From Alphaproteobacteria bacterium (GTDB lineage: Bacteria > Pseudomonadota > Alphaproteobacteria > Reyranellales > Reyranellaceae), in the NCBI GenBank assembly GCA_016870115.1, contig VGCH01000003.1, positions 80,364-104,363 on the forward strand: a stretch of 24,000 bases of DNA. Direction: 5' to 3'. A program made the position numbers and the translations under genes. Under the pieces are notes generated by a model, which saw only the letters and a program-made list of their open reading frames with translations, did no database searches and had not been told where the DNA came from. Positions 24,000-24,000 of the stretch are shown one piece after another; positions within the stretch are counted from its first letter, which is position 1; each line of letters begins with the position of its first letter.

Positions 24000-24000
24000 T

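Overview
High-G+C (about two-thirds G+C by eye) chromosomal segment with alphaproteobacterial hallmarks: mipZ, a ROSE-type hsp20 leader, and a surA-pdxA-rsmA block. It holds about 25 tightly packed protein genes, mostly housekeeping or metabolic. In order they are: surA (partial), pdxA, rsmA, a PlsC-type acyltransferase, gmk, yicC, an SDR, an acyl-CoA dehydrogenase, a stand-alone VWA protein, a membrane-anchored SGNH hydrolase plus MFS transporter, a frameshifted mipZ, two paralogous cytoplasmic molybdopterin (MopB) oxidoreductases, an AMP-forming acyl-CoA synthetase, an orphan secreted protein followed by an unannotated 46-codon membrane micro-ORF, a cyaY (frataxin)-ABC exporter operon, rpmE, hsp20, an FAH-family hydrolase, a two-domain VOC/extradiol dioxygenase, and the 3' end of a CoxL/xanthine-dehydrogenase-type subunit. 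I found no rRNA, tRNA, CRISPR, transposase, integrase or phage genes, and no recognisable defence system. Points worth a second look: (1) a 1-nt frameshift splitting mipZ, which is also start/stop-coupled to a molybdoenzyme gene; (2) a ~200-bp island of ~38% G+C at 16245-16448, with A-tracts, nested palindromes and an Irr-ICE-like core, upstream of the orphan secreted gene; (3) frataxin translationally coupled to an ABCB-type exporter; (4) the two orphan MopB paralogs; (5) an hsp20 with both a sigma32-like promoter and a ROSE-like thermometer hairpin; (6) four convergent gene pairs whose 3' ends overlap. Functional calls rest on motif recognition by eye and recalled family knowledge. No database search was run.
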